In this document: piece by piece, positions 26,154 through 38,989 of the stretch | How positions within the stretch are numbered: the stretch's first letter is position 1 | How the letters are laid out: the number at the start of each line of letters is the position of its first letter | Assembly (NCBI RefSeq): GCF_001194135.2 | Contig: NC_068996.1 | Coordinates: 13,109,316 to 13,173,315 of the forward strand | Reading direction: 5' to 3' | Source of the DNA: Octopus bimaculoides | Lineage: Eukaryota | Length of the DNA: 64,000 nt | The notes under the pieces: generated by a model | The model's database searches: none | What the model was told of the DNA's origin: nothing | Seen by the model: only the letters and a program-made list of their open reading frames with translations | Translations under genes and position numbers: made by a program

Positions 26154-26228
<75 letters not shown>

Positions 26229-26245
26229 TATCATCGTCGGTGTCG
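25900..26245. repeat. (CAT)n/(CGT)n/(CAC)n compound microsatellite
   Basis: Direct inspection; explains the poly-I/M/H ORFs. Confidence 0.95.
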
Positions 26246-27532
26246 TCGTTCTTTTTATTGTTGCTCGTTGTACTAACAACACTTACTCGATTGCTTTTTC
26301 ATAAGATTTTTGTTTATTCATGTATTCTCGTTACATTTTCATTGTTAATATGTCTAAATTTACCTTTTTCTTAATCTAACCAAGACTCCAGTCGGCTAGT
26401 TAGTCCTTTGTTTCTTGCCCCGTTCGAGGTTAAGAAAAAAAAATGTTGACAAAAATTCTGAAAAATCTTTGTTTCGAAAAAGCAATTTTAAGATGATGGT
26501 CGCTTTTACTGGTGGGTCGGGGAGGAGGAGGAGGAGGAGGAAGAACTGGAATGTAACTTTCAAAGAAGGGTGGAATTTATCTCTGAGTCTTTATTTTTCT
26601 GTCTATCAATGATTGAAGGTTTTCCCTTTCAGCGAAATACAATGACTAAAATAGTACACCACTGCTTACTGTGACGGGCGTGAGCAACAGCAGCCGCGAA
26701 AGCTACAACAACAACAACAACAACAACAACAACAGCAACAACAACAACAACAACCCGCCACCTGTGAAATTTCCCCACAACAGGTAGTGGTGTCGACAAC
26801 AAAAACTCTATCAAGACACTACCACAAACAATAGTAGCAGTAGTTAAAGGAAAGATAATGCAAAATCGAGAGTAATTCTTTTACCATTGCCACCACCACC
26901 ATTATCCCCATCTTAGTACTTAACAGTGACAGTTAAAAAAATACAGAAAACAAAAACAACAACAACAACAACAAAAAAGCAGACAAAGGAACAAAAGCAA
27001 ANNNNNNNNNNNNNNNNNNNNNNNNNNNNNNNNNNNNNNNNNNNNNNNNNNNNNNNNNNNNNNNNNNNNNNNNNNNNNNNNNNNNNNNNNNNNNNNNNNN
27101 NNNNNNNNNNNNNNNTTAAAAAAATACAGAAAACAAAAACAACAACAACAACAACAAAAAAGCAGACAAAGGAACAAAAGCAAATAAGAATAAAAGTGAA
27201 GCTGTTATATGACAATAAGGAAAGCACTAACATCGATATATCACTACTATAACGACCAAAAGTAGATAAATAATCCTATTACGGCAACTTCGACAGCGGA
27301 TAACTCTAACACCTATGCAACCACCACAACTACCAATGTGACTACCCAAAGCAGTAGCAGCACTAATACCACGAAGGCCAAATGTTTCGAAGGAGCGGCA
27401 ACGGTACCGCATGGGTTTCTAAGGCATTCAAACATCAAGTTTTAAAGAAATGAACATCAGGCAAAGATCTACGTTATAAGTGCCCCCGTAGCTTGCAGAA
27501 ATAAGTGCCAGAGGAACACTAGTTTACAAGTA

Positions 27533-27534
<2 letters not shown>

Positions 27535-27583
<49 letters not shown>

Positions 27584-27790
27584 TATCATCCAGTGTTTTA
27601 AATCCGGGTTTTGTCCCCCATTAACGGGGTCGGCCGGATCTACCTCAATGCCATAAAAACCGCCCTCACACCATCTCGCCATCTTGCCCTGTTTTGGGCA
27701 TCCCCCCTTCTCAAGACAACCCTCGCAGTCTTTTCCTCCACCTGTCTCCTCCGCGTTTTCCTCCGTCTACCACGCTTTCTCGATCGGTGA
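27535..27790 (-). mobile_element. RTE-clade LINE 3' end with (GAT)n tail
   Basis: ORF 27640..27864 contains RKRGRRRKTRRRQVEEKTARVVLRRGDAQNRARWRDGVRAV, resembling the RTE C-terminal RGRP..W..D...A.DR.RWR pattern; followed on the minus strand by a short UTR and (GAT)n at 27535-27590. Confidence 0.6.
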
Positions 27791-29299
27791 AAAAAGTGTG
27801 CTGGTGGAAATGCTAGCCAATGTGGGGAGGTGCTTGCGGGAAATATGCGGGAAGTATCAGCCAACGTGGAAAGTTGCTCGCGGGAAATATGGGCGATATA
27901 GACCCGATCATTAAGACCCGATATTTCGGAGTCGGCGAAGTGCAGTTTCTTAACGAGACCCTCACAGTAGCGATTTCAGTTGTCTTCTGTCGGAGTGTGA
28001 AATTTATCTGGGAAGATGGATAATTAATGTGAAGATATAATGTGTACTACTGGTGCAGGACATATGATGAATCGTAGTATGTGTGTAGAAGGCATTCATG
28101 TGTGACACACGAGTCCTCAACCGTGACGTGGAATTCTAACCCACTCGGGAGTTGAATTAGATCCGGCGATAAAGATGAAAAAGATGGAAAATTGTTCCCA
28201 TTAACTGTAAGAGATAAAGAAAAAAGGACAAAATAAATCTTTCCTTATTAAAAAAAAAATGAAGAAAAACCAGATGATTTTTTAAGGATGATTTTTATGG
28301 TACATCATCAAAATTAACTCCATCATCGCCACCGCATTCATCACCACATACACCACCACCACCACCACCACCACCACCATCACCCTGTACCAGTTCCATC
28401 GCCTTCACTACCACCTCTATCACCATTAACACATCTATCACTACCACAACCACCACTTCTATCATTAGCACCACTGCCACAGCCACCGTCACCACCGCCA
28501 TCACCTCCGTCGCTCCCTCCCTCTATCGGAGAGAATTTCAACACTGCAAGCACATGACAAAAGCACAAGCACAGCTTAATCTGCATCTGCGCCATAACTA
28601 GAACAATAAATACTCACAAATAAATAGATAAATAAATGAACATTAAAAGCTATAGGATTATAGACAACAAAGAAGTAATGAATAACATGTACCAAAAGCA
28701 AAACATTACACGCCATAACTATATATCTCAAACAAATAATATATCAACGCACACAAATCTTAAATACAACATATCGTATCTAGATAGAGTATCCTCAATA
28801 CACGTAAATAGAGATAACGTTGATAATAAACGTCACAGATTTGTAATGTGTACGGTCGAATAGGGTACAGAGATGCATCTTTACCAGTGCGCAAAGATTC
28901 CAGATATTGGCTTAGCGTATATATTAAGCAGACAACCGTCAACGAAAAATAGTAAAACGGCCGATGACAGTAATGGACTAGCGATAGACAAAACTATATT
29001 GGGTGGTGGGGGTATTGTTAGAGACTTAGAAAAAAATGCTTAGGAAAGCCATTGCAACTGACCTGCTTGCAAGGAGATGAGCCTTTTACCAATTCTCCAA
29101 CTCGAAGCATAAAGGCTATGCTGTAAGCGCTAAAACGCGTACTCTAAAGCACACAGTGATGAAAAGTGCTCGATGCATCAAGATGACAGAGGTGTCACAT
29201 GGCAATAAAGATGCCCGGTTTTTAGCGGGCCATGATGCAGGCGTGCTACTCTATTCCAAGTAGAAAAAGGTGACTTTTTAATGGCACTTTGCGAACCGG

Positions 29300-31200
29300 A
29301 TCGGTGGGTGATATTCAATGCCTACCTCCTCTGGTCTGCCACGACACTCGGTGAAAGAAGCAGATTTGCAGCTGCGGAAATATGAAAAGCGAGAGACAGT
29401 ACCACTCTGAGCAAATCGATAACTTTGGTTTGTCTAACAAACACTGCTTTATATTCTGAATTTCTTCACTGAACTCTACAGAAACGGGTAGCAGAATGGG
29501 AGAATCACCAGTTGTATGAGTGAGTCAAAGAGTGGTAGGGGTTTTAGAACAATGTAATCCTACCCCTCCGCAAAAGCGCATGGGTCTACATTGATAATTT
29601 TCGGACCATAACTTTCTTAAACGCAGATATCAAGAATTTGGCCTAGGCGTGAGCGGAGCGGGTGGGCGTTTGTCGTCAGTAGACTGGTAATGCGTAGACA
29701 AACCCCACACAGAACACATTCTCCCCGATAACCTCCATCTTCAGTTCATCATAGTGAGGGTGAGTAAAGAACCTAGCATAGCTGGATCCCTGATGAACCG
29801 AAAGCTTGAATCATCAGAAAGCTATCAATAGCGATACCACTCTCAAATACTTGGCATTTGTTTTCACAGCAGCCAGTTTCCGTCCATCTATAAGGATAAG
29901 ATCGCTGCAGTGAGGAAAGACATCCATTCAGTAATCAATGTAAATGACCACCTATTGGAATCATACAGTATCATGCACTCGGTCTGTCGAGGTTGTTGCT
30001 TCTTGTATCTGATATATGTACTAGATCTTGAGTCACTACTGTGAAAACTAGAGACACTGAGAGACGTTACACGTAAACTAGCATATGATCAGTACCGGCA
30101 TATTTCACTGTCATAGTATCGGACACCAAACTGATCTAGTTGACCGGCGTTGCCTTACGGGACTCCAGTGCATTGATAGTAACCATAATGAACCAGAAAA
30201 CGTCAATGGATCTGGAGAAGCAGATCTTTACCACCCAACAGCGTCGTAAAGCGCTAATAGACTGGTTATAAATAGTTTGGAGTCTGGCTGGTTTGGTCCA
30301 CCTCATTATTTAGAGAACTAGGACGAGGTAATGACAACAAAGGTGTGTCTAACCCAGGACAAGTCGAGAGAAAGATACCACGCGCATAATATCTACCTCA
30401 CCTGACCGTCGTGCCTTGCTGTATTGAATATCGTTCTGGACTAAAGGATCTGCTCTTTTGATTTTTGTAAAAGAACACGTCTCACTGATGAGGCGGTCCA
30501 TTTGCGGTTAACATTCGCTATGTGGGGATCTTGGTATGTTAAGACTGATAATGCGCAGGCATGCATTGAGTCTGCGACATTTCAGGCAATTCTTGAGAAT
30601 AGACAGGTGTGATAGCTGCTTGTTTTTCCTCAACTCGTCTCTTTGACACAGCTACAGTCCTCGATCAAACAAATACCAAGACAGAGTACTTGATGTTCGA
30701 AATAGCGTAAATCACTCCTGTTCATCACTCCGTCGGGTAATGCGAAAAATAATTGTTCACAGGTAACGTTCTATTGAAAAATAGTTACGAAAAAAATCGA
30801 CTAAGTCCTCGTGCTAAATCTAGGCGTCGATGAATATTTACTGGCTGGTCTGAACCGAAAGACTTTTAGGTCAAAACTCATGGATAATTTCCAGAAATCT
30901 CTGGCCTGTTGGTGCTACCAGGACGCATTGTGGTTTAAACTCTTTAGACACGTGAAGGCTGTCAACTGGGTCTTTCTGAAACGCAAGCCGGGCAGCGAAA
31001 ACTTTCTGCACGCAGTCGTCTAGTGCCCCAGCATTATCAACTTGTGTGTTATGTCGAACACCTGCTGTCATACGTAAGACGGATTCAGCTACCAGCTGAG
31101 TCCACCGTGAAAATGTATCTACTACTGTTCTTTGATCAGGAAGGGCAGATAGATTTTTTCTGTCTCGAGTCTATAGTAAATTTAAATGGTTGAAGATTGA
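29300..31200 (+). mobile_element. Possible highly decayed L2/CR1-type LINE
   Basis: GC-richer block with weak ordered traces (FGLSNKH, KDKIAAVRKDI, VLNLGV, LHAVV); no clean catalytic motif readable. Confidence 0.3.
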
Positions 31201-31544
31201 CATTTCCACTTTGGTCAAGGTCTCAAGTTTTACAAGATAGACTCGAAAAAGGAAACGAGAGCAAAGAGTGAAGTGCTTACCTCCAGCAAATTTGTTCAAA
31301 GATAAATGAGAATGGCGATTATAATCCGAGTGAATGGTCTGCTCTGCGGGGGCAATTGCAGACTGGAGAACTACAACTGGGAGAAGACCCTTACGTTAGA
31401 AGTCAAGGTGACTTTTTTGCTTGGTTTTGTTACAGATAACCCTCAGAAGTTTGCCTTCTTTCTATGCTTTTTATGTAATCCCATACTAAACCCTGTACAA
31501 CCTTCGATCTTTTTGTCAATACATGTGGTTAATTAAGAATGCAT

Positions 31545-31618
31545 TATTATTATTATTATTATTGCTTTTATTAATATCCACCACCACCTCTTCTTTATTA
31601 TTATCATTATTATTGTTG

Positions 31619-31688
<70 letters not shown>

Positions 31689-32070
31689 CATTGTTATATT
31701 TTTATTTTCATTTATTTATTTTGCGTCAAAGATCTTTAATAAAAATTGCATTATTCATTATATAAGGGGAGAAAAAAATTGAATTATCTGAGCAACCGCA
31801 TTTCATTATAGATAATGTATCGAAAAACTAATCACAGTGCAACGAAGATTCAGCTTAGAAATGAGTAGTTGTAGTAGTAGTAGTGGTAGTGGTGGTGGTG
31901 GTAGTGGTAGTAGTAGTAGTAGTTGCAATAGTAGTGCTGGTGGTGGTGGCAGTAATAATAATAGTATTAGTAGAAGTAGTAGTAGTAATTCTACTGTGAT
32001 GGTAGGTGGTAGTGATGGTAGAAGTAGAGGTAATAGTTGTTATAGTGCTAGTAGTAACAGAAGTAGTAGT
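31545..32070. repeat. (TTA)n and (GTA)/(GTG)n microsatellite blocks
   Basis: Direct inspection (31545-31695 and 31860-32070). Confidence 0.9.
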
Positions 32071-32451
32071 GTCTTAATCTACTATTGCTGATGCAGTTTA
32101 GGTTAAACACAGACTTATTTTTCTTTCATTCATTCGCTCATTCATTCATTTCTTTTTATTTTTTTTACTTTCGTTTTCATTCACTTTTTTCTTCACTAAA
32201 GTCTTTGTTCTTTCTGCCGTTCTCGTTTGTCTTTTCGATTGTCTCTTTGTTTACTTTGAAACTAAGTGAATCTTTTATCTAGAAATGCTTTTATTTAACA
32301 TTTCCTTTCTTTAAGCAATATATAAGAAGACTTAATGTAGTCATATATAACCTGGACCCATTTGATCAATATAACTTAGTCTATCCGACATTTCTTTTTG
32401 CTATCTATTAAACTTCACTAACACAACAATCATTTCATTCAAATAATTCAA

Positions 32452-32650
<199 letters not shown>

Positions 32651-32656
32651 ATATAA

Positions 32657-32870
32657 AACGATGAACTGGCAGAATCTTTAGAGCCTCGGTATAAAAAGTG
32701 CTTTGCAGTGCATTTTCTGGCTGTTTACGTTCTGAGTTCAAATTCTGTAGGAGCCGACTTTGCTCTCATCCATTCGTGGTCGATGAAATATGTATCAGTT
32801 AAAACCATGGATTCATTTTAATCGATAAGTCTCAAAATACCTGGCCTTGCACCTATACTCAAAAGAACTA
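32657..32870 (+). mobile_element. SINE family A, diverged
   Basis: gaactggcagaatc head, tacgttctgagttcaaattc, gactttgctctcatccattcgtggtcgat core, ggccttgcaccta tail. Confidence 0.7.
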
Positions 32871-32957
32871 TTATTATCGTATCGAACTTTCTCTTTTGCT
32901 TGAGGCCCCGAGTGGGGGCAATAAAGAAATGATAATAAAAATAATAATGTGATCGTC

Positions 32958-33017
<60 letters not shown>

Positions 33018-34610
33018 GTTGTTGTTGTTTTTTTTCTGTCTTCAAATTTTCTTCCATTTCTTGCCGAGTGTTTTCCGTACACCTAGGGCAGAGAAGCTCA
33101 TTGTATGCATTCCCAGTTTACACACAAGCAAATTCACAGGTAAAATATGTATGTAAAAAGATTAATAAATAAATAAATTCATGAATGGATGTTGTTTTCA
33201 CAGTGATAATGCTCTTCTCAGTACATGAGTCGTTCCAGTTAACACGATTTTTTGCACTTCCTGTAGGGATGGTAAGCCTGGTATCATTTTCAAATAGGTT
33301 TCAGTGCCTTTTTTTTTATCATTGCTAGAGATCCTACAATTACTGGTACGGTAGTCGCCTTGAGGTGCCACATTTTTTCAATTTCTATTTGCAAGTCTTT
33401 TCTATTAGAAAGTCTTTTCTGTTTCTTTCATGATGATATGTTAATCTCCTGGTACTACTACCGTTTGGCAATTCTATGCCCCTACAATTTACTCTTTTCC
33501 TCGCTTCAAATAAGCACCACAAACTTCGAGATACCGAATCCCATCCCTATATTCTTGCTGTACATTTGCACAGTCTCAGCCAACCTCTCCATTTCAGGCT
33601 CTGTTTTTGCGAACAGTTTTAAATCATCCATGAAAAGAAGGTAGTTGAGACGAGGCCCGTTCTTTCGCATGGTGCACGTTGATTTTACGTAGGACTACAA
33701 AAAGCGGGATCAAGGCTATAACAAACAGCAGAGGTGAACAAGAGTCTCCTTGGAAGATACCTCTTTTGATTGTTACCTCCTTGGCTAAGTGCTAGTTGTT
33801 ACAGGAAAGACACGATTTCCAACTAGGCATGCTGTTCTTAATCAGTGCACACACGTTCTCAGCTATTCCACACATGTGGAGTGTTTCCAAAATCCACGAG
33901 TGCGGCAACATGTCGTAAGCCTTTTTAAAATCTATCCAGGCCATACACAAGTTTTTTTGGTACCGTTTACAGTTCTTCCTTACTGCGTTGTCTATCACAA
34001 GGCAGTCCTTGGTGCTCTTGGATCCTTTTCAGTATCCCTTTTGTTTTACTGGCAGGAGATTGCTTTCTGCAAAGAACGTATATATTTTCCCTGCAAGAGT
34101 ACCTGTCAATATTTTCTAGGAGGTTAAGACAAACAACGGGTCGGTAATTACCAGCCTCATTGGCCTTTGACCGATCTTTCATTAACAATGTTGTTCTTCC
34201 CTCTACCATCCACTTCGGAACTGTACCGTTCTGTAGGCAATTGTCTAATTGCGACGCAATTCTCTTGTATATTGATCTAAACCATTTGAACCAGTAGCCT
34301 TGAATTCCATCTGGTCCTGTCGCTTTCCAGTTTGGCAGTTTTGATATCTGTGCAATGTCATCTTTCGTTGTTATGCACACATGGCCCTGCTGTGGAGCCT
34401 CCACGTGATGGAGTTCAGATCTCACGGAATGTATCTACTCAGCACCGTGGTTGTGCGAAACTTCTTGCCCCAGATATTATTCCAAAATTGGCGGGTTTCT
34501 TCTGCATCAGGATCCTAAGCCCTTAAAAAAACTGCCTCTGGTTATTTGAGAATAATCGGTTTTGTTGGAATTGTGATATGCGTTCAGTGTAGCGCTGCAC
34601 CTTTAATGCT
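32958..34610 (-). mobile_element. R4/Dong-like RLE LINE: pre-RT, RT, internal deletion, C-terminus, 3' UTR and (TAA)n tail
   Basis: QRYTERISQFQQNRLFSNNQRQF; PNWKATGPDGIQGYWFK; GRTTLLMKD..NYRPVVCLN; AWIDFKKAYDMLPHSWI; KRGIFQGDSCSPLLF; NYLLFMDDLKLFAK; then a jump to KDLQIEIEKMWHLKATTVPVIVG...QKIVLTGTTHVLRRALSL*; 3' UTR ends in an (AAT)n tract at 32958-33016. Confidence 0.93.
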
Positions 34611-34830
34611 TTAACCCACCATCCGCCTTAGTGAAGGCAGACGGTATTGTTTTCAGTCGTGTTTGTTTGTTTGTTTGTCTGTGGACAAGATCTCTCAAGA
34701 ACGGCTGGATGGATTCAGATGAAACTTTCAGGGATGTCTGGCCTCGTGACTGGCACGAACTGATTAGATTTTGGGATCGATCAGGTACTGGACAAAGATT
34801 CTGGATTATTTGTTATATTTACTTTACATG
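34611..34830 (+). mobile_element. Non-autonomous Helentron/DINE-1-like element (5' portion)
   Basis: Short hairpin (ccgccttagtgaaggcag) near a T-rich insertion point, ggtattgttttcagtc, (GTTT)n tract, then ggatggattcagatgaaacttt...gattagattttggg, as in HINE/DINE-1-like elements. 3' end not located. Confidence 0.6.
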
Positions 34831-35149
34831 AAGTATTACGATCTTACGTTGACTTTTAAGACTTTTTTCTGATTATCTCCCATAAAAAGCTCACTCATGG
34901 TTTCCATGTAAGTTATGGCGGCGTTGCTGTTTCCAAAGTTTTATTTTCGTTTCTCTATTATTAATTTTACACGCATCTCTATCTTAGTAGAGATTGATTG
35001 ATAAAGGAATCAAACTACATAAATAAACTGCAGCAAAACTGTTCAGAAATTTAATAACACTAACATATTCAGTAACAATAATAAATTTAATTTATCCTCG
35101 GCAATTTTTAGTTTTACCAATTTTGAATATATATCCCTTGTTTAAAACC

Positions 35150-36082
35150 TCCTACATACTTGACAATTGGTTTGGCTCATCTTTCTCGTTTTCGGTCTTC
35201 ACGATATTCTGGTCTGGAGGTATAGCTACGTCGATGAAGATCCATTCTTTGGATTCCTTCCGTATGAGAGTGATATCTGGTCGGTTATGTAACAACTTCT
35301 TATTTGAGTAGATTGGCATATCCTACATTAGTATTTCTTTATCACTCTCTGCAACTGGCAACAACATTGGTGCTCATACCACCCTGTTCCATCTTCCTGC
35401 ACAATTCGCAGTGTATTCGCACTGTCACTTTTGTCATGGCGCTTTTGTTCTTCTTTTGGGCAGTTTTGAACATCCACTAATTATATGTCTTACTGTCTCA
35501 GATGATTTACCACATAATCTACTCTGCAACTTGTTTGAGTTGGCTCATAAAGCTTGTTCGTGAGTAGCAAGAATCAATCCTTCTGACTCCTAAAGAAAAA
35601 AAAAAAACGTCTTAATCATTTCTAAAATATTGGGTTGTCCGGAAAGTTCGTGCCGATTTATAATAGCTTACCTTTCAACTTATTTGCCATGAAACCACCT
35701 CAATTCTGGGAAGAGGGTATTTTCAAATTAAAGGAAAGATAGAGACGCATTGTGCAACAAAATGGTTCATATTTGGTTGATTAAAAATGTAATGGCAAGT
35801 ATTTATTGACCTTTTTCTTTCCTTTAAAAATCGGCACAAACTTTCCGGACAACCCGATACTCCATTTTCTACTCCTGGAGGATCTCACCATTGTCAGTGA
35901 TTACTTTCGCATTCAAGAATATTGTTTTCGTCGCCATTTCTCATAAAGGTACTTGGCTTTCTTCATAACACTAACATATTTTCTAACCAATACTCTTCCA
36001 TCATCGTCCCTACGTAAGTAAAACCCCGCTATGCTACTTCTAGTTTTAAGGCGCCCATGCATAACCATTATCCTGATCAAGT
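35150..36082 (-). mobile_element. RLE-LINE fragment: post-RT region, CCHC zinc knuckle and restriction-like endonuclease
   Basis: MVMHGRLKTRSSIAGFYLRRDDDGR; ESEGLILATHEQAL; RLCGKSSETVRHIISGCSKL; HNRPDITLIRKESKEWIFIDVAIPPDQNIVKTENEK. Interrupted by a mariner derivative. Confidence 0.85.
35630..35857 (+). mobile_element. Internally deleted mariner-type transposon (228 bp) with TIRs and TA target duplication
   Basis: TIR ttgggttgtccggaaagttcgtgccgattt versus aaatcggcacaaactttccggacaacccga (2 mismatches); TA at 35628-35629 and 35858-35859; internal transposase tail KPPQFWEEGIFKLKER*RRIVQQNGSYLVD*. Confidence 0.92.
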
Positions 36083-36278
36083 TTTCTTCTTCTTCTTCTT
36101 CTTCTTCTTCTTCTTCTTCTTCTTCTTCTTCTTCTTCTTCTTTTTCTTCTTCTTCTTCTTCTTCTTCTTCTTCTTCTTCTTCTTCTTTCTCATCATCATC
36201 ATCATCATCATCATCATCACCACCACCACCATCACCATCATCACCATCATCACCATCACAAACACCACCACCACCACC

Positions 36279-36312
<34 letters not shown>

Positions 36313-36352
36313 TCAGCTGCAGCAGCAGCGGCGGCGGCGGCGGCAGCAGCAT
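36083..36352. repeat. Compound trinucleotide microsatellite (TTC)-(CAT)-(CAC)-(CAT)-(GCA)-(GCG)
   Basis: Direct inspection; explains the poly-E/D/G/A ORF 35913..36371. Confidence 0.95.
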
Positions 36353-37314
36353 TAATTTGGGTACAAGGCATAGCCAGCTAGTTTGAAAGTTGGGTGGCTG
36401 GTTAAATAAAGTTTGGCCTTGGAGAAATTTGACTGTCCTTCCCTGTAATGCTTCCCGGATCGATTAAATAAAGTATCGATATTGAACAACTAGGGATCAA
36501 TGGTATCGACTGACCACCACCTCTTAAAAAATTGTTTTGTATGTTACATCTGTGTTACTTTGTTGTTGTGAGAAATTTTGTTTTATTTCTGTTGTTATTT
36601 TTTAATGTTTCATTACTTTTATGTAGAAACCACTCAATGAACGCTGCGTTAATACCACTGATGGTGATTTCCTTTAAGTGTTGTATGAATTGTGTTTCAC
36701 TTTCAGTTAAAATAAATTTGGCACTCAGAAAACACTATAGCTTACCTCCTCCTCCTTCTCCTCGTTCATTAATTTTTATATTATTCAATCTTAAATAATT
36801 TCCATTAACATGCAGTTATTATCTTCCATTTACCTTTTAATGTTTTATAATATTTTTTTAGTGTTTTAGCGTTGACTGTTGGTTGTGTAGATTAATTTGC
36901 TGAATGGGGTGTATTACATTATTGAGTGGCAACTTTATACAACAGAGGTTGTGTGAGTTGTTATGTGGTGTGTGGGTTGTATTATGATACCAGGTGTCGA
37001 TTATTTAAGAGAATGACGTGTGTTGATTTATTGGGTGACAATTTCGAAGAGTATGTATCGAGTGTGTTTTGTCACTTTATTGGCTGGTGATTTTGCCCAA
37101 TTAGGTTATTCTAGTTAAGGTCGTTTGTTTCGTCACAAAATTGACGGCCAGATGGATCACTGTTTTGCTCAAGTTCAATTCAGCTTCATTTAGAATTAAA
37201 CCTTGAAAGCAACTGAAATTTAATTAAAAAATTTGAACCTAAAATTTATACCGTCTAAATAGTTTGTGTATATATATGTAATTATTTTTATATGTTGTAT
37301 ATAAGGAATCGCAT

Positions 37315-37355
<41 letters not shown>

Positions 37356-38188
37356 CAAGTATATATTTGAGATTGAAGGAGCTCTATTTAATGGTCGAGA
37401 CGTATCAAAGTGGAGCATACCACACTTGACGGTTCGACAGTATGACACAAATGAACAGATAAGCAATCCCTTCCATTAGTGAGTGTTCATGAATATAAAG
37501 AAGTTCACTGTTGCTTCGTAATTTGTTAATCCAATCATATCCTAAATTGAGTGGAACTTTAAGCCTGGCATAATATCAGAATAGAAAACAGAGGAAAGGA
37601 TTGTATGGTCTCGCTACAGTGTCTCATTGGGGTATGTAAGACTCGCAACAATCATAAGATTATGAAATGCATCATTATATAATAAAATCCGAAATATCAG
37701 GCAACCATATGCAGGTCAATATTTCATATGTCACTGAACTGAATGAGACATTGAATTCATACACCTATCTTCCTAAACATGTATAATGGTAAAATGTTGC
37801 ACAGAAAGACGACGAAGGAACATACGGAACACAAGAAAGAAACGCACAAAAGATGTCAACCAATATTCCTCACAATTTCAACGCCTTATCGATAGTATTG
37901 TTCATTTTGATGGTGCCAACAAGAAACGCTGTTAGGATATATGTGAGCGGAGATGAAGGTCGGAATGAAAGATGTAGGAACAAGAAGATAAAAAGAAAGA
38001 AAAAAATGACTAGGTCTAGACCAAACGGTAAACTATATGAAAGAACGGAAAATGAAAGACGGTAACAAAAACAAACAAATAATAAAGGATACAAGTATTA
38101 ATTTATACAAAGAAAGCCTTTCAGCTGATAAGACAATCAAAACAAGACATAACCGAAACGAAGATATAAACAGAGATAAACAACACAC

Positions 38189-38448
<260 letters not shown>

Positions 38449-38617
38449 GCATGGAAGGCCTTACACCTATAAGACAAAACATGGGCGAAAGTAACTCTAA
38501 CAAGAAATTCAAGTGTAAATTTCACAGATTTGAAGATACATAGATGTTATTTAATATTTTGGTTATTAGCGGCAGAAGTAGCCTTTGGAACGAACGTTAA
38601 CACAGCCAACCAAACTA

Positions 38618-38989
38618 GGATGTGTTGTTTATGACCCCGTAGACTGCTGTGAAAGTTTTGAAAAATCATTTTGTGTAGACTATAGGCGCTAAGAAACATC
38701 GAAATTCTATCGGTTGACGAAATTTCATCAGCACCAGTGGATGACATTATTGTATACAAAACTCACTAGCTTTTCTCGATATCACTGGCTGTTTGACCAG
38801 TATTACTCTTATATGTTGACCAATTTTCAGTCTGGCACTCGGAGCTTGGCTTCCTACAGCAGTGCCATCCGCAAGTGCTGAAGAATTTTCGTCAACCGAT
38901 AGAATTTCGATGCTTTTAGCATTTGTCATCTACACAAAATGATTTTTCGGGTCATTCACTGAGTCTCCGGCGTTATAAACAATACAGCC
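38618..38989. mobile_element. Fold-back/MITE-like element with ~115-bp imperfect inverted arms
   Basis: Arms 38618-38734 and 38875-38989 are reverse complementary (core catcgaaattctatcggttgacgaaa is exact); 140-bp spacer. Confidence 0.8.

Noticed and set aside
26934-27183. 68-bp direct repeat on both sides of an N gap (26934-27002 and 27116-27183)
   Set aside because: Identical sequence flanking a gap is the typical signature of unmerged overlapping contig ends.
31281-31365. Possible minus-strand exon ending GAG|gtaagc
   Set aside because: The acceptor is ambiguous, the peptide is unrecognisable, and it lies at the edge of a probable decayed LINE.
36530-37200. Possible decayed PLE endonuclease region on the minus strand
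   Set aside because: Similarity is limited to a few scattered residues in AT-rich sequence.
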